A stretch of 49,290 bases of DNA, taken from positions 12,701,501 to 12,750,790 of the forward strand of contig NC_057754.1 in the NCBI RefSeq assembly GCF_004010195.1, in the 5' to 3' direction. A program made the translations under genes and the position numbers. Position 1 is the first letter of the stretch. The number at the start of each line of letters is the position of its first letter. This stretch comes from Chiloscyllium plagiosum (taxonomy: Eukaryota). Of the stretch, positions 1 to 10,974 are shown in pieces. Below the pieces are notes generated by a model, which worked only from the letters and a program-made list of their open reading frames with translations, made no database searches and was not told the origin of the DNA.

Positions 1-513
1 TATTGTGTGCAGTTTTGGTCGTCATACTATAGGAAGGATGTGGAGGCACTGGAATGGGTGCAGAGGAGGTTTACCAGGATGTTGCTTGGTATGGTAGAAA
101 GATCGTATGAGGAAAGGCTGAGGCACTTGGGGTTGTTTTCATTGGAGAAAAGAAGGTTTAGGGGTGACTTGATAGAGGTGTACAAGATGATAAGGGGTTT
201 AGAATAGGGTTGACAGTGAGAATCTTTTTCCATGTATGGAGTCAGCTATTACAAGGGGGCATAGCTTTAAATTAAGGGGGGGTAGGTATAGGACAGAAGT
301 TAGGGGTAGGTTCTTTACTCAGTGAGTCGTGAGTTCATGGAATGCCCTGCCAGTTGCAGTGGTGGACTCTCCCTCATTATGGGCATTTAAGCGGGCATTG
401 GATAGGCATATGGAGGTTAGTGAGCTAGTGTAGGTTAAGTGGACTTGGATCGGCGCAACATCGAGGGCCGAAGGGCCTGTACTGCACTGTATTCTTCTAT
501 GTTCTATGTTCTA
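1..513 (+). mobile_element. CR1/HER1-type LINE, 3' end of ORF2 plus 3' UTR (continues upstream of window)
   Basis: ORF 7-207 reads QFWS..YRKD.EALE.VQRRFTRML..RGDLIEVYK, the CR1 ORF2 C-terminus; ends in gggccgaagggcctgt and a (ttctatg)n tail. Confidence 0.93.
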
Positions 514-1039
514 TACCCCCAGATATCAAAATTCAATCAAATTTGAATTTAGTATTTGGACAACATCAAACCAATGAAATGAACTGATGTTTTGGGGTAT
601 AAAACCTGTCAGTTTGAACAGTTAGTGGGAGAACTGCCAGGTAAACTGACAAGGATAGACTGCTAGCCAAACAGATCTCTGAAAGGTACCTGTTCATATG
701 AAAGACTTGTGAAGCAAAATACTAAAGAAAAGGCAGAGGAAAATCGACAGAGGAAGCTACAAAGAGAAGATTTGACAACTGGCTGATTTTGAAATTTGAT
801 TTTTTTAAAATGTCAATCAGAATTTTTATTGGACCAGTATTATAGAGTGGGGAGTTAAAAGATAGGTTTTAAAAAAAGAGTTGTAAATAGTTGTTGGTTT
901 TAATATTCTCTGTTGGACTTAAAGAATACAATTTTTCTTTAAGTAGTGACCTCTGGGATAGTTCTTTGCCTCTCAAAATTGAACAGATTGTGGTGCAAGA
1001 TGAGCTTCTCAGTGTGTTGGTTTACCCCATGTCGTAACA
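514..1039 (+). mobile_element. Possible LTR remnant (5' part cut off by the CR1 insertion)
   Basis: TATAAAA at 598-604, then an AT-rich stretch ending ...ttaccccatgtcgtaACA at 1039; no PBS follows; family not identified. Confidence 0.4.
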
Positions 1040-1049
1040 AGACCCGCAA

Positions 1050-1385
1050 CATGTGACTGTCATATCAATCATGTTCTTCCAGCCATTTGGTTTATCTCTA
1101 GCACCACCTTTTTTTTGTAATTATGTTTCTACCTCAACTAATCCAATATTTGGTCATCCATTCACTAGCTATTTAACTGTTGACTTTTACTCACAACATC
1201 TGACACTTTTGATCATCCACTGTGAGTTATTATTCAGCCTATCCATCCCATTAGTCTCGCGTTTTGATCTCTTTGCGTATAGATTTTGTGCCTGTGTCCC
1301 TTCACCTGATGAGGGAGCAGCCCTCTGAAACATTGTGATTTCAAATGAACCTGTTGGACTATAACATAGGGTTGTGTGACTTCTG
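1050..1385 (+). mobile_element. Penelope-like pseudo-LTR fragment
   Basis: Pyrimidine-rich tract, then a hammerhead core, then a gaacctgttggactataac tail typical of shark PLE 3' ends. Confidence 0.6.
1302..1338 (+). ncRNA. Minimal type I hammerhead ribozyme motif (PLE-associated)
   Basis: tcac-CTGATGA-gggagcagccctct-GAAA-catt-gtga; helix I tcac/gtga, helix II gag/ctc. Confidence 0.6.
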
Positions 1386-1489
1386 AGGTTGTGAAATCCA
1401 GCCTTACGTACAGTAGCGTTTATACAGCGAATCTGAGCTGGTTCAGAATGGGCACGGTTTATGATAATGGTTGACATGTGACATCTCCT

Positions 1490-1790
1490 GGTTCAAACTC
1501 CTCACAATCAATGTTTGTTTGGAAGCATGGTATTCCAGCCGGAACTCTATCAACAAACACATTGACTTGGACCCCATTTACCACCCCCACCCCCAGAAAA
1601 AGAACAGGAAACGGCATCTCCAACCCACAGAAACCCAAACATATGAATAGAAAGCAGGAATCATTAACAGTGCTTCCTCTGGAGGCTCACTGAAGATGTT
1701 ACCTAGTACTGTGATGAAATGTCTGAAAATGAATCTTCCAGCTCAGATTACGTCCAGAACGTCAACCTGAGTTACAAGTCTTCTCAAAAC
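1490..1790 (+). mobile_element. Penelope-like element 3' end (GIY-YIG C-terminus plus pLTR with hammerhead)
   Basis: Reads LEAWYSSRNSINKHIDLDPIY from ~1518; tca-CTGAAGA-tgttac..gtgat-GAAA-tgtc-tga at 1687-1726; same family as 36125-37060. Confidence 0.75.
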
Positions 1791-2029
1791 GGGTTTGTTT
1801 TTCCCTTCAGTTTTGCCAAATTGACCAATCAGCTTGCTGAAAGAACCCTCTGTTCCATGAGGTGGGATTTCTTGAAGAAGGATTGAGTTTCTGGACCAGA
1901 GGTGTCACTGCAGCACGCATGGCACAACAGCACAAATGTTGAAAGTGAAAACAACCATGCAATCCTATTGTGAATGAATCCTTCGTCCAGATTATTGCAT
2001 GGTTGCAGATCTTACAGGAAACTGGGAAG

Positions 2030-2510
2030 CGAACTGATTGGAGACAGCGCTAAACAGGTTGACGAGAATGGTGCTGTGTGTGAGAAGTGTCAGCAATGAA
2101 GGTAAATTGGAAAGTTGGGACAGTTCTCCTTGGAGGAACTTGATCTGTTTGAAGCTTTCCAAGTTATGAGGGGTGTAGACAGAGAAATAAGGGAGTGAAT
2201 GGATCGAGAGCTAATCGGCAGATATTTAAAATCAATAAGAAAATAAACAAAAATGAGATAAGGAAAAAAGTTTTATACAACGAGTGGTGCGTGTCTGTAA
2301 TTCAGTTTGATTGTGACAGAAACGCAGCTTCAACTGGGTCATTGAAAAGGGGATTAGATGAATTTGTTAAAAGTAATAATGTGCAGAGTTACATGGATAG
2401 GCAAGAGAATTACACTGGAAGAGACACTCATTTCCTCATTGTGTAGAGCCAGCAGAACTAAGGTGGCCTGGATGGCCTCCCTCTGCACTGTGACACATTT
2501 TGTGATTTTG
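2030..2510 (+). mobile_element. Old degenerate CR1 3' end
   Basis: Decayed match to the ORF2 C-terminus and 3' UTR (..ggcctggatggcctccctctgcactgtgac..). Confidence 0.6.
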
Positions 2511-2724
2511 AGTTCGACCAACAGAATGTGGAATGTTAGACACAGTTTATATTTACACAGCCGGGAAAAGTCTGTGCAACAGAAAATTACACAACATGTA
2601 CGTATCACAGGGAAGACGGTGCTGTCTGAATCAGTGTGGCCAAATCCTGCAGTGTCCTGTGAATCAGGTACAGTACGCTTTATCATGCAGATCCCAATAG
2701 AATGAGAGAACAAGGCGAATCGGT

Positions 2725-2857
2725 CCATTGAGCATTTAAATAGTAATTTTATAAACATATGGATGATAATGGAGTAATGTAGGATAGATGGGCTTCAGGT
2801 TGGTTTCACAGATCGGTGCAACATCGAGGGCTGAAGGGTCTGTAATGTTCTATGTTC
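2725..2857 (+). mobile_element. CR1 3' tail fragment
   Basis: gatcggtgcaacatcgagggctgaagggtctgtaatgttctatgtt, matching 448-513. Confidence 0.8.
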
Positions 2858-2869
2858 AGATTATTCATG

Positions 2870-3420
2870 CCTAACGTGAATAGTTGTGGTACCAACACTG
2901 ACTCCTGCTGAACTCCAATAATCCTCGGCTGAAAAAAAAGACACCTTTATCCCAACTCTCTACCTTCTGCCAGTCAGCCAATCCTCAATCTATACCAGCA
3001 ATTTATTCCTAATACCATAGACTCTTATTTAGCAGCTTGCTTTACTGCACCTTGCCAAATGCATTCTGAAACATCCGAACAGATCACCTTCACTGTCTCT
3101 CCTTTCTCTATTTGCTCATTACCTCTCAAATAATTCTAACACATTTTGTCAGACTTAACTTCCCTTGACGAAGGAGAAAGTGAGGACTGCAGATGCTGGA
3201 GATCAGAGCTGAAAATGCGTTGCTGGAAAAGCGCAGCAGGTCAGGCAGCATCCAAGGAGCCGGAGAATCGACGTTCGGGAACGGCTCATGCCCGAAACGT
3301 CGATTCTCCTGCTCCTTGGATGCTGCCTGACCTGCTGCGCTTTTCCAGCAACACATTTTCAGCTTCCTCTTGACGAAGCGTGCCGACTCTTCAAGTACTG
3401 TGTGATCATATCCTTACAAT
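2870..3420 (-). mobile_element. Degenerate CR1 RT fragment interrupted by a fold-back element
   Basis: Reverse complement resembles the RT region around DF.KAFD.V.H and QGSVL; similar to 31615-31950. Confidence 0.65.
3174..3368. mobile_element. PLE-derived fold-back (hairpin) element with target-site duplication
   Basis: About 72-bp near-perfect inverted arms 3207-3279 / 3291-3364; flanked by direct repeat cttgacgaag at 3164-3173 and 3369-3378; arms match the pLTR at 7470-7570. Confidence 0.85.
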
Positions 3421-3452
3421 GACCTGTCACACTGTGTTCAATACAAAGCCGA

Positions 3453-4654
3453 TTTATTTGACTTTTATCTAGAATATAAAAACTTTGCTTTCAGACCTGA
3501 ATATGATTAACAGCAATGTCCGATCGCTGTTGAGATGCGTGAACTCTGTGCTGTCTCAGCGGGGTCGATGAGTGAGTGAATTCCTTCCCCACAAGAAGAA
3601 GGTGAATGGTGTGTCCTCCAGTGGGATCCCTCTGCTATCTCAGTAGGGTTGATGAGTGATTTAACTTTTTTTCTCACATGGAGCAAGTAAATGCTTTCTT
3701 GCCAGTGTGAACTCACTGGTGTGCGGAGAGTTGAGTTGATTGCCTGAACCCAGTCCTACAAAGCGAGTCCCTGAATGGTCTCTCCTCAGAGTAAATACAT
3801 TGATGACAAGTCATTCCCGCGGAGATTGTGTCGCAGATTGTTTCTGCAGTCTGGGCATTTAAAAGATCTCTCCGCAGTGTGAACCTGCTGACAACCGAGT
3901 GAATCCCCTCCCACACTCGGAGCAGCTGAACGGTTTCTTCCCAGTGTGAACCTGCTAGTGCTCTGTAAGGTCAGGTGATCACCTGATCCCAGTCTCACAT
4001 TGAGAGCACCCGAATGGTCTGCAATCAGAGTAAACACATTGGTACGACATCAGGACCCTGGAGGTTTTGAAGCATTTTCCACCAGCTGGGCATTTAAAAG
4101 GACTCTCTAATGTGAGTATGTTGATGGGACATCAGGTCCCCAGACGTTTCATAGTCTTTTCCACAGTTTGGGCATTTAAAAGGTCTCTCATTAACCTGAG
4201 CTAGTTGATCGGATATCAAGTCACTGGATGTTTTAATGCATTTTGCGCAGTCTAGACATTGAAATGGTGCCTCCTCGATGTGAGCAAGGTGATGTTGCAG
4301 CAGGTTAGATGACTGAGTGAATCCTTTCTCACACACTGAGCAGATGAATTTCCTGTTACTGGCGTGACTGCATTGATGAGTTTCCAGCTCAGATGGGGAA
4401 ATGAATTCCTTCCCATAATCGCCACATTTCCACAGTTTCTCCTCAGTGTGACTGCAATAGTGGTTTGTGAGCTCTGATGATTGGCGGAAGCCTTGCCCAC
4501 ACACACAACACGCCTACGTGTTTCTCCCCCTCTGTGAACGGAGCTTTTTGCTTCCTTGTTCAAAGTCTGGTCACATTTCATTTGTGATCAAATGGGCGAC
4601 TCCATCAGATCATGGCATGATATTTAGTTTGGACATCTTCCCCTTCTAATATCA
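3453..4654 (-). pseudogene. C2H2 zinc-finger pseudogene, paralogue of the 33901-34959 gene
   Basis: ORF 4094-4504 has fingers incl. WKCGDYGKEFISPSELETH; more frameshifted fingers run to ~3520; start codon ATG>AAG (4555-4557), acceptor AG>AT (4654-4655), AATAAA at 3453-3458 (minus). Confidence 0.88.
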
Positions 4655-5112
4655 TGTGAAATTAATGTCAAACAAAAAACGAGAATGAAAGAGAAGAAAA
4701 GTTGCAAGCTTTGCGTGTGCATTTTCTGGTGCTCCAGTGGTTGGGAATCAGCCCTCTTATTTCTGTTTCCTGGGTTTTATTCCTAGTCAGGGAATGAGAA
4801 TTTATTGTTCCTGCGCAAACACTGAAAAATATACATCAATTCCTGATATTAAACATAGCAAAGGGAACTGCTCTGTCAAAATCAATGAGTGTTTCACATC
4901 AGAAATGCAAGCAAATGGGAGGAAACTTAGAAATCCATTGCCTTGGCCTGCTCAGACACAGTATTACACAAAATGCACCTTATTGCTCCACATAGAAATT
5001 TTTGAAGATTTAACTTGTTGTATGCAGAAAGGTTGATTCTGTTCTAGAACAATATAGTGTCCGAGTACCTAATATCAGAATGGGGTTGCACATCTAAAAC
5101 AGAGATGAGAAA

Positions 5113-5530
5113 GAAGCAAATTACTGCAGATTCTGGAATCGAGACTAAAAACAAAAAAATGCTGGAGATCATAGTGGGTGAGGCAGCATCCTTGAAGAAA
5201 AAGTAAGTTAATGTTTTCAGTCTCGATGATTCTTCATTAGAACTGATGTGAAATATTAAGGGGGCAGCATTTATACAATAGTGGGGAAGGGGTGATGTGT
5301 GGGGGGAGAAAGACTGTTGGTGGTTTAGATTAAGTGATCAGAATGTGAGAATGGCAGAATAATGGTGTGATTGTAAACCCACTTCCATTCCTTCTCTTTC
5401 TTTAAGCTTTATCTGTAACATTCTCTGTCACCATGTACTCTCTTCCCTCCCCCACTCCAGTGAGACTGCCTGTTCTTTCCAATCTGGCAGTGGGACACAC
5501 TATTGGTCTGCCAATCTCACATTCAGCTAG
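5113..5530. mobile_element. Old PLE pLTR-derived element with internal inversion
   Basis: gcaaattactgcagattctggaatc..gctggag..ggcagcatc end; decayed hammerhead on minus at ~5213-5243; 5340-5370 is inverted relative to ~5497-5525. Confidence 0.6.
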
Positions 5531-7025
5531 AATTTGTAACAAAATGGTCTGTCGGGTCTGAGTCATTAAGTATACCTGATGCTGAGATCAATAGATTTTT
5601 AATCAGTAATGGTACGAAGCGCTATCAAGAAAGGCAAGAAAGTGCAGTCAGCTAACATCAGATATGAACTAATTCAAGTTAAAAATGCATGGATCCCCTC
5701 CAGGCACTGAACCAAGGTGAGATGTGCAAAGGGCAACACACAAAGGAGAGTCATTGTGGGTTATTGATCCAGGGTATACCAGGGTAAACAAGAAAACTTA
5801 CCATCAGCACCCACTTTGAGCCTGGCTGCACAAGGTCCACAGTCACCTCTCCCAAAGAAAATGCCCTACCATTGTCCTGCCATTCCTTCTGTTCTTGTTT
5901 TAAACCGATGGCACATCAGCCAATTGCAGCTGATATTTTTGATGTGAAACTGTAACATGCAGGGAAGTGATTCTGACTTATCCACGGCGTCATTCTGCTT
6001 CTAAAGATCAGGCAAAATTTCATATTGATTATTGTAATCATTAACCATTATTAGGCTATTGCAGTGAATGCACTGAATCTTTATCACTCGATTCCCAGAG
6101 AAGATCACTCTCTATATCACCCTGGACACTGTCTAATGAGCATTACATTCTCCCATCTTTCTGAACATGGTTCCCCTCTGTCTCGGTTTTGTTAGATTCT
6201 TTAGGTTTATGATACACAGGCTATCCAGTCATCTATTATCTTGCAGTTTCTAATGCATAACACCTTCTGTTTCACATGTTAATGTGCTTGCTCTGTGGTC
6301 AATGGTTAGAACACTGGCATTGTACCACATTCCTGTTTTTCCCTTCAGGGATTTGAGTAAGACCATTCGGAACGACAGGAAGCATCTGACATGAGCAATG
6401 TTTCAGTTTGACAGGCAGAGTGAGGTAAGGCAGCATAAACTGCAGAGTGTTGGGGAATCAATGGGGGTGGAACACTGACGAGGGAGCTGCTGAACGCTTT
6501 CTTTTCTTGCTGTAACCAGACTGTTATTGAAGTCTGAAATGTGACAATACAAGCCAGGTGGGTGAAATCCTACTTCCTTATTGGTCTATCCTGAGGCCTC
6601 TGACACTCTGTGGGCATGTGTCTATGTGTTTTACTCAGTAGGTGAAAGTGACGTTCAATTTCCCGAGGGGGCGTGAACACACATTTCTCATCTTAAACTT
6701 GAGTCCCATTCATTGTGTCATTTGAGATTAAAACGTTCCAGAGAAAGTATCATTAAGATAAACATTTGAAATATAAGAGTACACAAGGCTACGGGCCAAG
6801 TGCTGGAAACTGGGATGAATGGTCTCTTTCCCTGCTATAAAAACTTGATGACTCCATCATTTTTGAGGAGAAACTCAGTGCCAATAATAGAAAAAAGCCA
6901 GAAGATGCGTCATTAAGAAGTAATGCAAGGGCTTCTGTAGTTCTGTACTTGCGAAACGTTTCAGAGAACCTAATATCAGAATGGGGTTGCACATCTAAAA
7001 CAGAGATGAGAAAGAAGCAAATTAC

Positions 7026-7570
7026 CTCTGGGACACCCGGACAAACCAACCCAACCACCCCGTGGCTCAACACTTCAACTCCCCCTCCCACTCCACCAAG
7101 GACATGCAGGTCCTTGGATTCCTCCATCGCCAGATCATAGCAACACAACGGTTGGAGGAAGAGCGCCTCATCTTCCGTCTCGGAACCCTCCAACCACAAG
7201 GGATGAACTCAGATTTCTCCAGTTTTCTCATTCCCTCCCCCCCCCCCCGACCTTGCCTCAGTCAAATCCCTCGAACTCAGCACCGCCTTCCTAACCTGCA
7301 ACCTTCTTCCTGACCTCTCCGCTCCCACCCCACTCCAGCCTATCACCCTCACCTTGACCTCCTTCCACCTATCGCATTTCCAATGCCCCTCCCTCAAGTC
7401 CCTCCTCCCTACCTTTTATCTTAGCCTGCTGGACATACTTTCCTCATTCCTGAAGAAGGGCTTATGCCTGAAACGTCGATTCTCCTGTTCCTTGGATGCT
7501 GCCTGACCTGCTGCGCTTTTCCAGCAACACATTTTCATCTCTGATCTCCAGCATCTGCAGTCCTCACTTC
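7026..7570 (+). mobile_element. Penelope-like element 3' end (GIY-YIG C-terminal helices plus pLTR)
   Basis: ORF 7062-7313 AQHFNSPSHS..MQVLG..QRLEEERLIFRLGTLQPQGMN is the PLE endonuclease C-terminus; C-rich tract, hammerhead, end at ..gcatctgcagtcctcact. Confidence 0.88.
7446..7481 (+). ncRNA. Minimal type I hammerhead ribozyme motif
   Basis: attc-CTGAAGA-agggcttatgcct-GAAA-cGTC-gatt. Confidence 0.65.
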
Positions 7571-8160
7571 CTTCTGTAGTCATCCTTGGTAGTTTGTTGG
7601 TATACTGGCTTGGATTCAGTGCTTTCACCACAGTGGCCCTGGTTGGATTCCCAGCCGGGGAATCAGGGTTTATTGCTCCTGACAGTGACAACAGCAAAAG
7701 CTGGCAGCTCTGGCCAGAATCCTTTCAACGTTGCAGATCAGTTCATACAATGAGAATATCAGAGGTAATGTCCCAGCCTCTAATAGAAGGGGAAGTTGTC
7801 TTGACTGTCTCTACTCAGTCGGACAGTTTACCCTTCATCCCCCTCTGATTCCACTTCTCAAAGAGTTTCCAAAGATTCCCAAGCTGAGATTGGGCTATTC
7901 GTTTTGTTTCCTTTCCATTCCCAGGAGGCACGGTGATTGTGTTGGTGGATTTGGGAAATGATTAATGTGCCCATGAGCAATGTGCAGCTTTCGGTCCTCT
8001 CACAGCGTTCTGAGATCGACTCTGATGTATTCAGTAACATTCAGTGATTAGAGATAATGTAGGATTCTTGTTCCTGCTGATCAGAAATTCAAGCCTCACT
8101 TTGGCTTCAGAACAATAAGAAAGATTAGTTTGTGAGATTAATAAAAGCTTGCATTGCTGG

Positions 8161-8233
8161 TGAGCCAGGTAGGAGCCAAACCTACAATCGGTTGATCTGT
8201 AATCAGGCGTGTTACCAATTACACCAACGATCC
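8161..8233 (-). pseudogene. tRNA-Arg(ACG)-derived pseudogene (anticodon now ACA)
   Basis: Minus strand ggatcgttggtgtaattggtaacacgcctgattacagatcaaccgattgtaggtttggctcctacctggctca aligns over 73 nt without gaps to vertebrate tRNA-Arg-ACG; acceptor-stem mismatches; T-loop TTTGG. Confidence 0.75.
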
Positions 8234-8767
8234 CCCACAGAGCTGCAGCTTGTATGCTGCAGAGTTGTGGTGTTAACATAGTCATGAGCAATCATCGTAA
8301 CAGTCACATGGTGAACAACCAGCAAAGATATTCACAGTTACTGCTTCGCTTCAACGCTACCCAGTTTGTGAAGCGGTGAGTGTCACTGGCAAAAGAAAAC
8401 ACGTTTGTCCTCACGAAGCATCCACTGGCCCTTTGTCTGCTCAGCCATTCAGTGAGATCATTGCTGATCTGACCAATTTCACCTTCACTTTCTTGTTGTT
8501 CCTCCATAATTCAAGGTAAACTCAAGCCTAATCACAACATCGTATATCCCCATTAATTTTCGGAGCATTAGATTACTTTAATGGCCTGGGCGAGTTGCAG
8601 GAAATTGAATAATATGGAACAAGCTAAAACAAATTCCCTTATGGAAATTTAGCCCAGTGCCGAGTCAGCCATATGAGAGAGTTCAGAGAGCAAAAACATT
8701 ACCGCTTTTTCACTCTGCACAGATGCTCTTCCACTAGTTCAGTCTTTGCAGGTCATTTTTTCAGAAT

Positions 8768-9091
8768 GGATTAGATTGCACTCCCTACAGTATGGAAACA
8801 GGCCCTTTGGCCCAACAAGTCCACACAGACCCTCCAAAGAGTAACCCACCCAGACCCATTCCCCAACCCGATATTTACCCCTGAATAACGCGCCTACACT
8901 ACGGGCAGTTAAGCATAGCCAATTCACCTGACCTGCACATCTTTGGATTGTGGGAGGAAACAGGAGCACCCGGAGGAAACCCGCAGACACGGGGAGAATG
9001 TGCAAACTCCACACAGACAGGTGCCCGAGGTGGGACTTGAACCCGGGATCTTGTTCCTGTGAGGTGGCAGTGCTAACCACTGATCACCGTG
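8768..9091 (-). mobile_element. HE1-type V-SINE
   Basis: tRNA-like head (cagtggttagcactgc), V-domain gtggagtttgcacattctcccc, CR1-derived tail ending in (tctaa)n. Confidence 0.9.
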
Positions 9092-9197
9092 TTTATAATT
9101 GAGACATTTCCCTGGGACAGATCCTCCCTCAATCCACAAAAATGTGCCCTGCCGAAAACCATTTCACTTCAGGTTAAAATAGCGGAGTATCGGTGGC

Positions 9198-9320
9198 CCC
9201 AGCCTGATGTCCCAATACTCGCTGCTCCATGTCAACAGAAGCTGCTCCAGGTGAGGGTGGTGCTCCCAGCCTGATGACCCAAAGCTCCCTGCTCCATGTG
9301 AATAGAAGCTTCTCCAAGTG
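9198..9320 (+). repeat. Two-copy tandem duplication (56-bp unit, 67-bp period)
   Basis: 9198-9253 vs 9265-9320, 48/56 identical. Confidence 0.85.
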
Positions 9321-9700
9321 CTCCAGCTCTTAGCCTCTGCATTTCACGCGCCTCTCATCTGACATGGAAGGATTGCGTGCTCGCCGAATGCATTACTGGA
9401 GCCACAGATTAGCCCCACGTGAGCATTCCCATCCCCATTTCCAGTTGGATCTTTGTGGCCGTGCCACCTGGTTTCTCTAATTCTGGGCCTGTGAACTGGG
9501 ATAATATGATCATCTGCACCAGTGGGTACTACCATGTGTGAGGTAACTGGTGAAGTAACCGTTGTTGAACTGCACTCCTATTGAAAGATGCATTTCAACA
9601 ATGTCCTGCACTATCCTCTGAACGTTTGTTGTTTTGTAGAAATGTATTAATCTCAGCCTTCAACAGACCCAGTGTTGGAATATCCACAGCCTCCATGGCC

Positions 9701-9950
9701 CACTGTGTGGAGTTTGCACGTTCTCCCCGTGTCTGCGTGGGTTTTCTCCGGGTGCTCCGGTTTCCTCCCACAGTCCAAAGATGTGCAGGGTCAGGTGAAT
9801 TGGCCATGCTAAATTGTCCGTAGTGTTAGGTAAGGGGTAAATATAGGGGTATGGGTGGGTTGCGCTTCGGTGGGTCGGTGTGGACTTGTTGGGCCGAAGG
9901 GCCTGTTTCCACACTGTAATGTAATCTAATCTAATGTAATCTAATCTAAT
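9701..9950 (+). mobile_element. HE1-type V-SINE, 5' truncated
   Basis: V-domain plus gggccgaagggcctgtttcc..(ctaat)n tail. Confidence 0.9.
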
Positions 9951-10338
9951 AATTTTGTAAACCCCTATAAGGTCACCCCTCAGCCTCCGACACACCAGGG
10001 AAAACAACCCTAGCCTGTTCAGCCTCTCCCTATAGCTCAAATCCTCCAACCCTGGCAACATCCTTGTAAATCTTTTCTGAACCCTTTCACGTTTCACAAC
10101 ACCTTTCCGATAGGAAGGAGACCAGAATTGCACGCAATATTCCAACAGTAGCTTAACCAACGTCCTGCACAGCCGCAACATGACCCCTTAACTCCTGTCC
10201 TCAATACTCTGACCAATAATGGAAAGTACACCAAACGCCTTCTTCACTATCCTATCCATGTGCGATTCCACTTTCAAGGAGCTATGAACCTGCACTCCAA
10301 GGTCTCTTTGTTCAGCAACACTCCCCAGGACCCTACCA
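9951..10338 (-). mobile_element. CR1 ORF2 C-terminal fragment
   Basis: ORF 9660-10181 LEYCVQFWSPSYRK..RVQKRFTRMLPGL..RGDLIGVYKI. Confidence 0.9.
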
Positions 10339-10680
10339 TGTGGGAAGGAGTCAGTCATTTTTTACATGAAAATGCTCTCCGAACTGGTGATTTTAAAAAT
10401 TCAAACCATCGCTCTCTGACATCTCTGCAAGTCATATATCAGGATTCTCAAACCCACCCATTCTCAGATATTTTCTCCCTCCCACATTCACTGACCTTCC
10501 TCTACGTCCCTCCTCCTATTTCGCTGAGGCACTGCACAATCTAACACTTCCACATTGACACTGTTCAGCCTGTGCTGCTGTGGTCACTGTGGTGAATGTG
10601 CACCAACTGCACCATCACTAACTCGTGAACTCGTTAACCTTCAAATCACTTGATCTATTTTTGAACACTTGGTATTAAAT

Positions 10681-10963
10681 TTAGATTAGATTCCCTACAG
10701 TGTGGAAACAGGCCCTTCGGCCCAACAAGTCCACTCTGACCCTCCGAAGAGTAACCCACCCAGACCCATTTCCTCTAACTAATGCACCTAACACTATGGG
10801 CAATTTAACATGGTCAATTCACCTGACCTGCACATCTTTGGACTGTGGGAGGAAACCGGAACACACCCACACAGACACAGGGAGAATGTGCAAACTCCAC
10901 ACAGACAGTCCCGCGAGGCTGGAATCGAACCCGGAACCCTGGTGCTGTGATGCACCGTGCCGC
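10681..10963 (-). mobile_element. HE1-type V-SINE
   Basis: (ttaga)n tail and V-domain on the minus strand. Confidence 0.9.
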
Positions 10964-10974
10964 CTTACCAATTA

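Noticed and set aside
4730..4740. gctccagtgg, identical to the tRNA-Ile 5' end
   Set aside because: Only 10 nt match; no cloverleaf follows
6289..6325. tRNA-like 5' half (ctctgtggtcaatggttagaacactgg)
   Set aside because: A-box-like only; no T arm, B box or acceptor pairing
6349..6424. Exon-like segment with a good acceptor and donor on the plus strand
   Set aside because: Stops in all three frames and no linked exon or promoter; cannot be supported without RNA data
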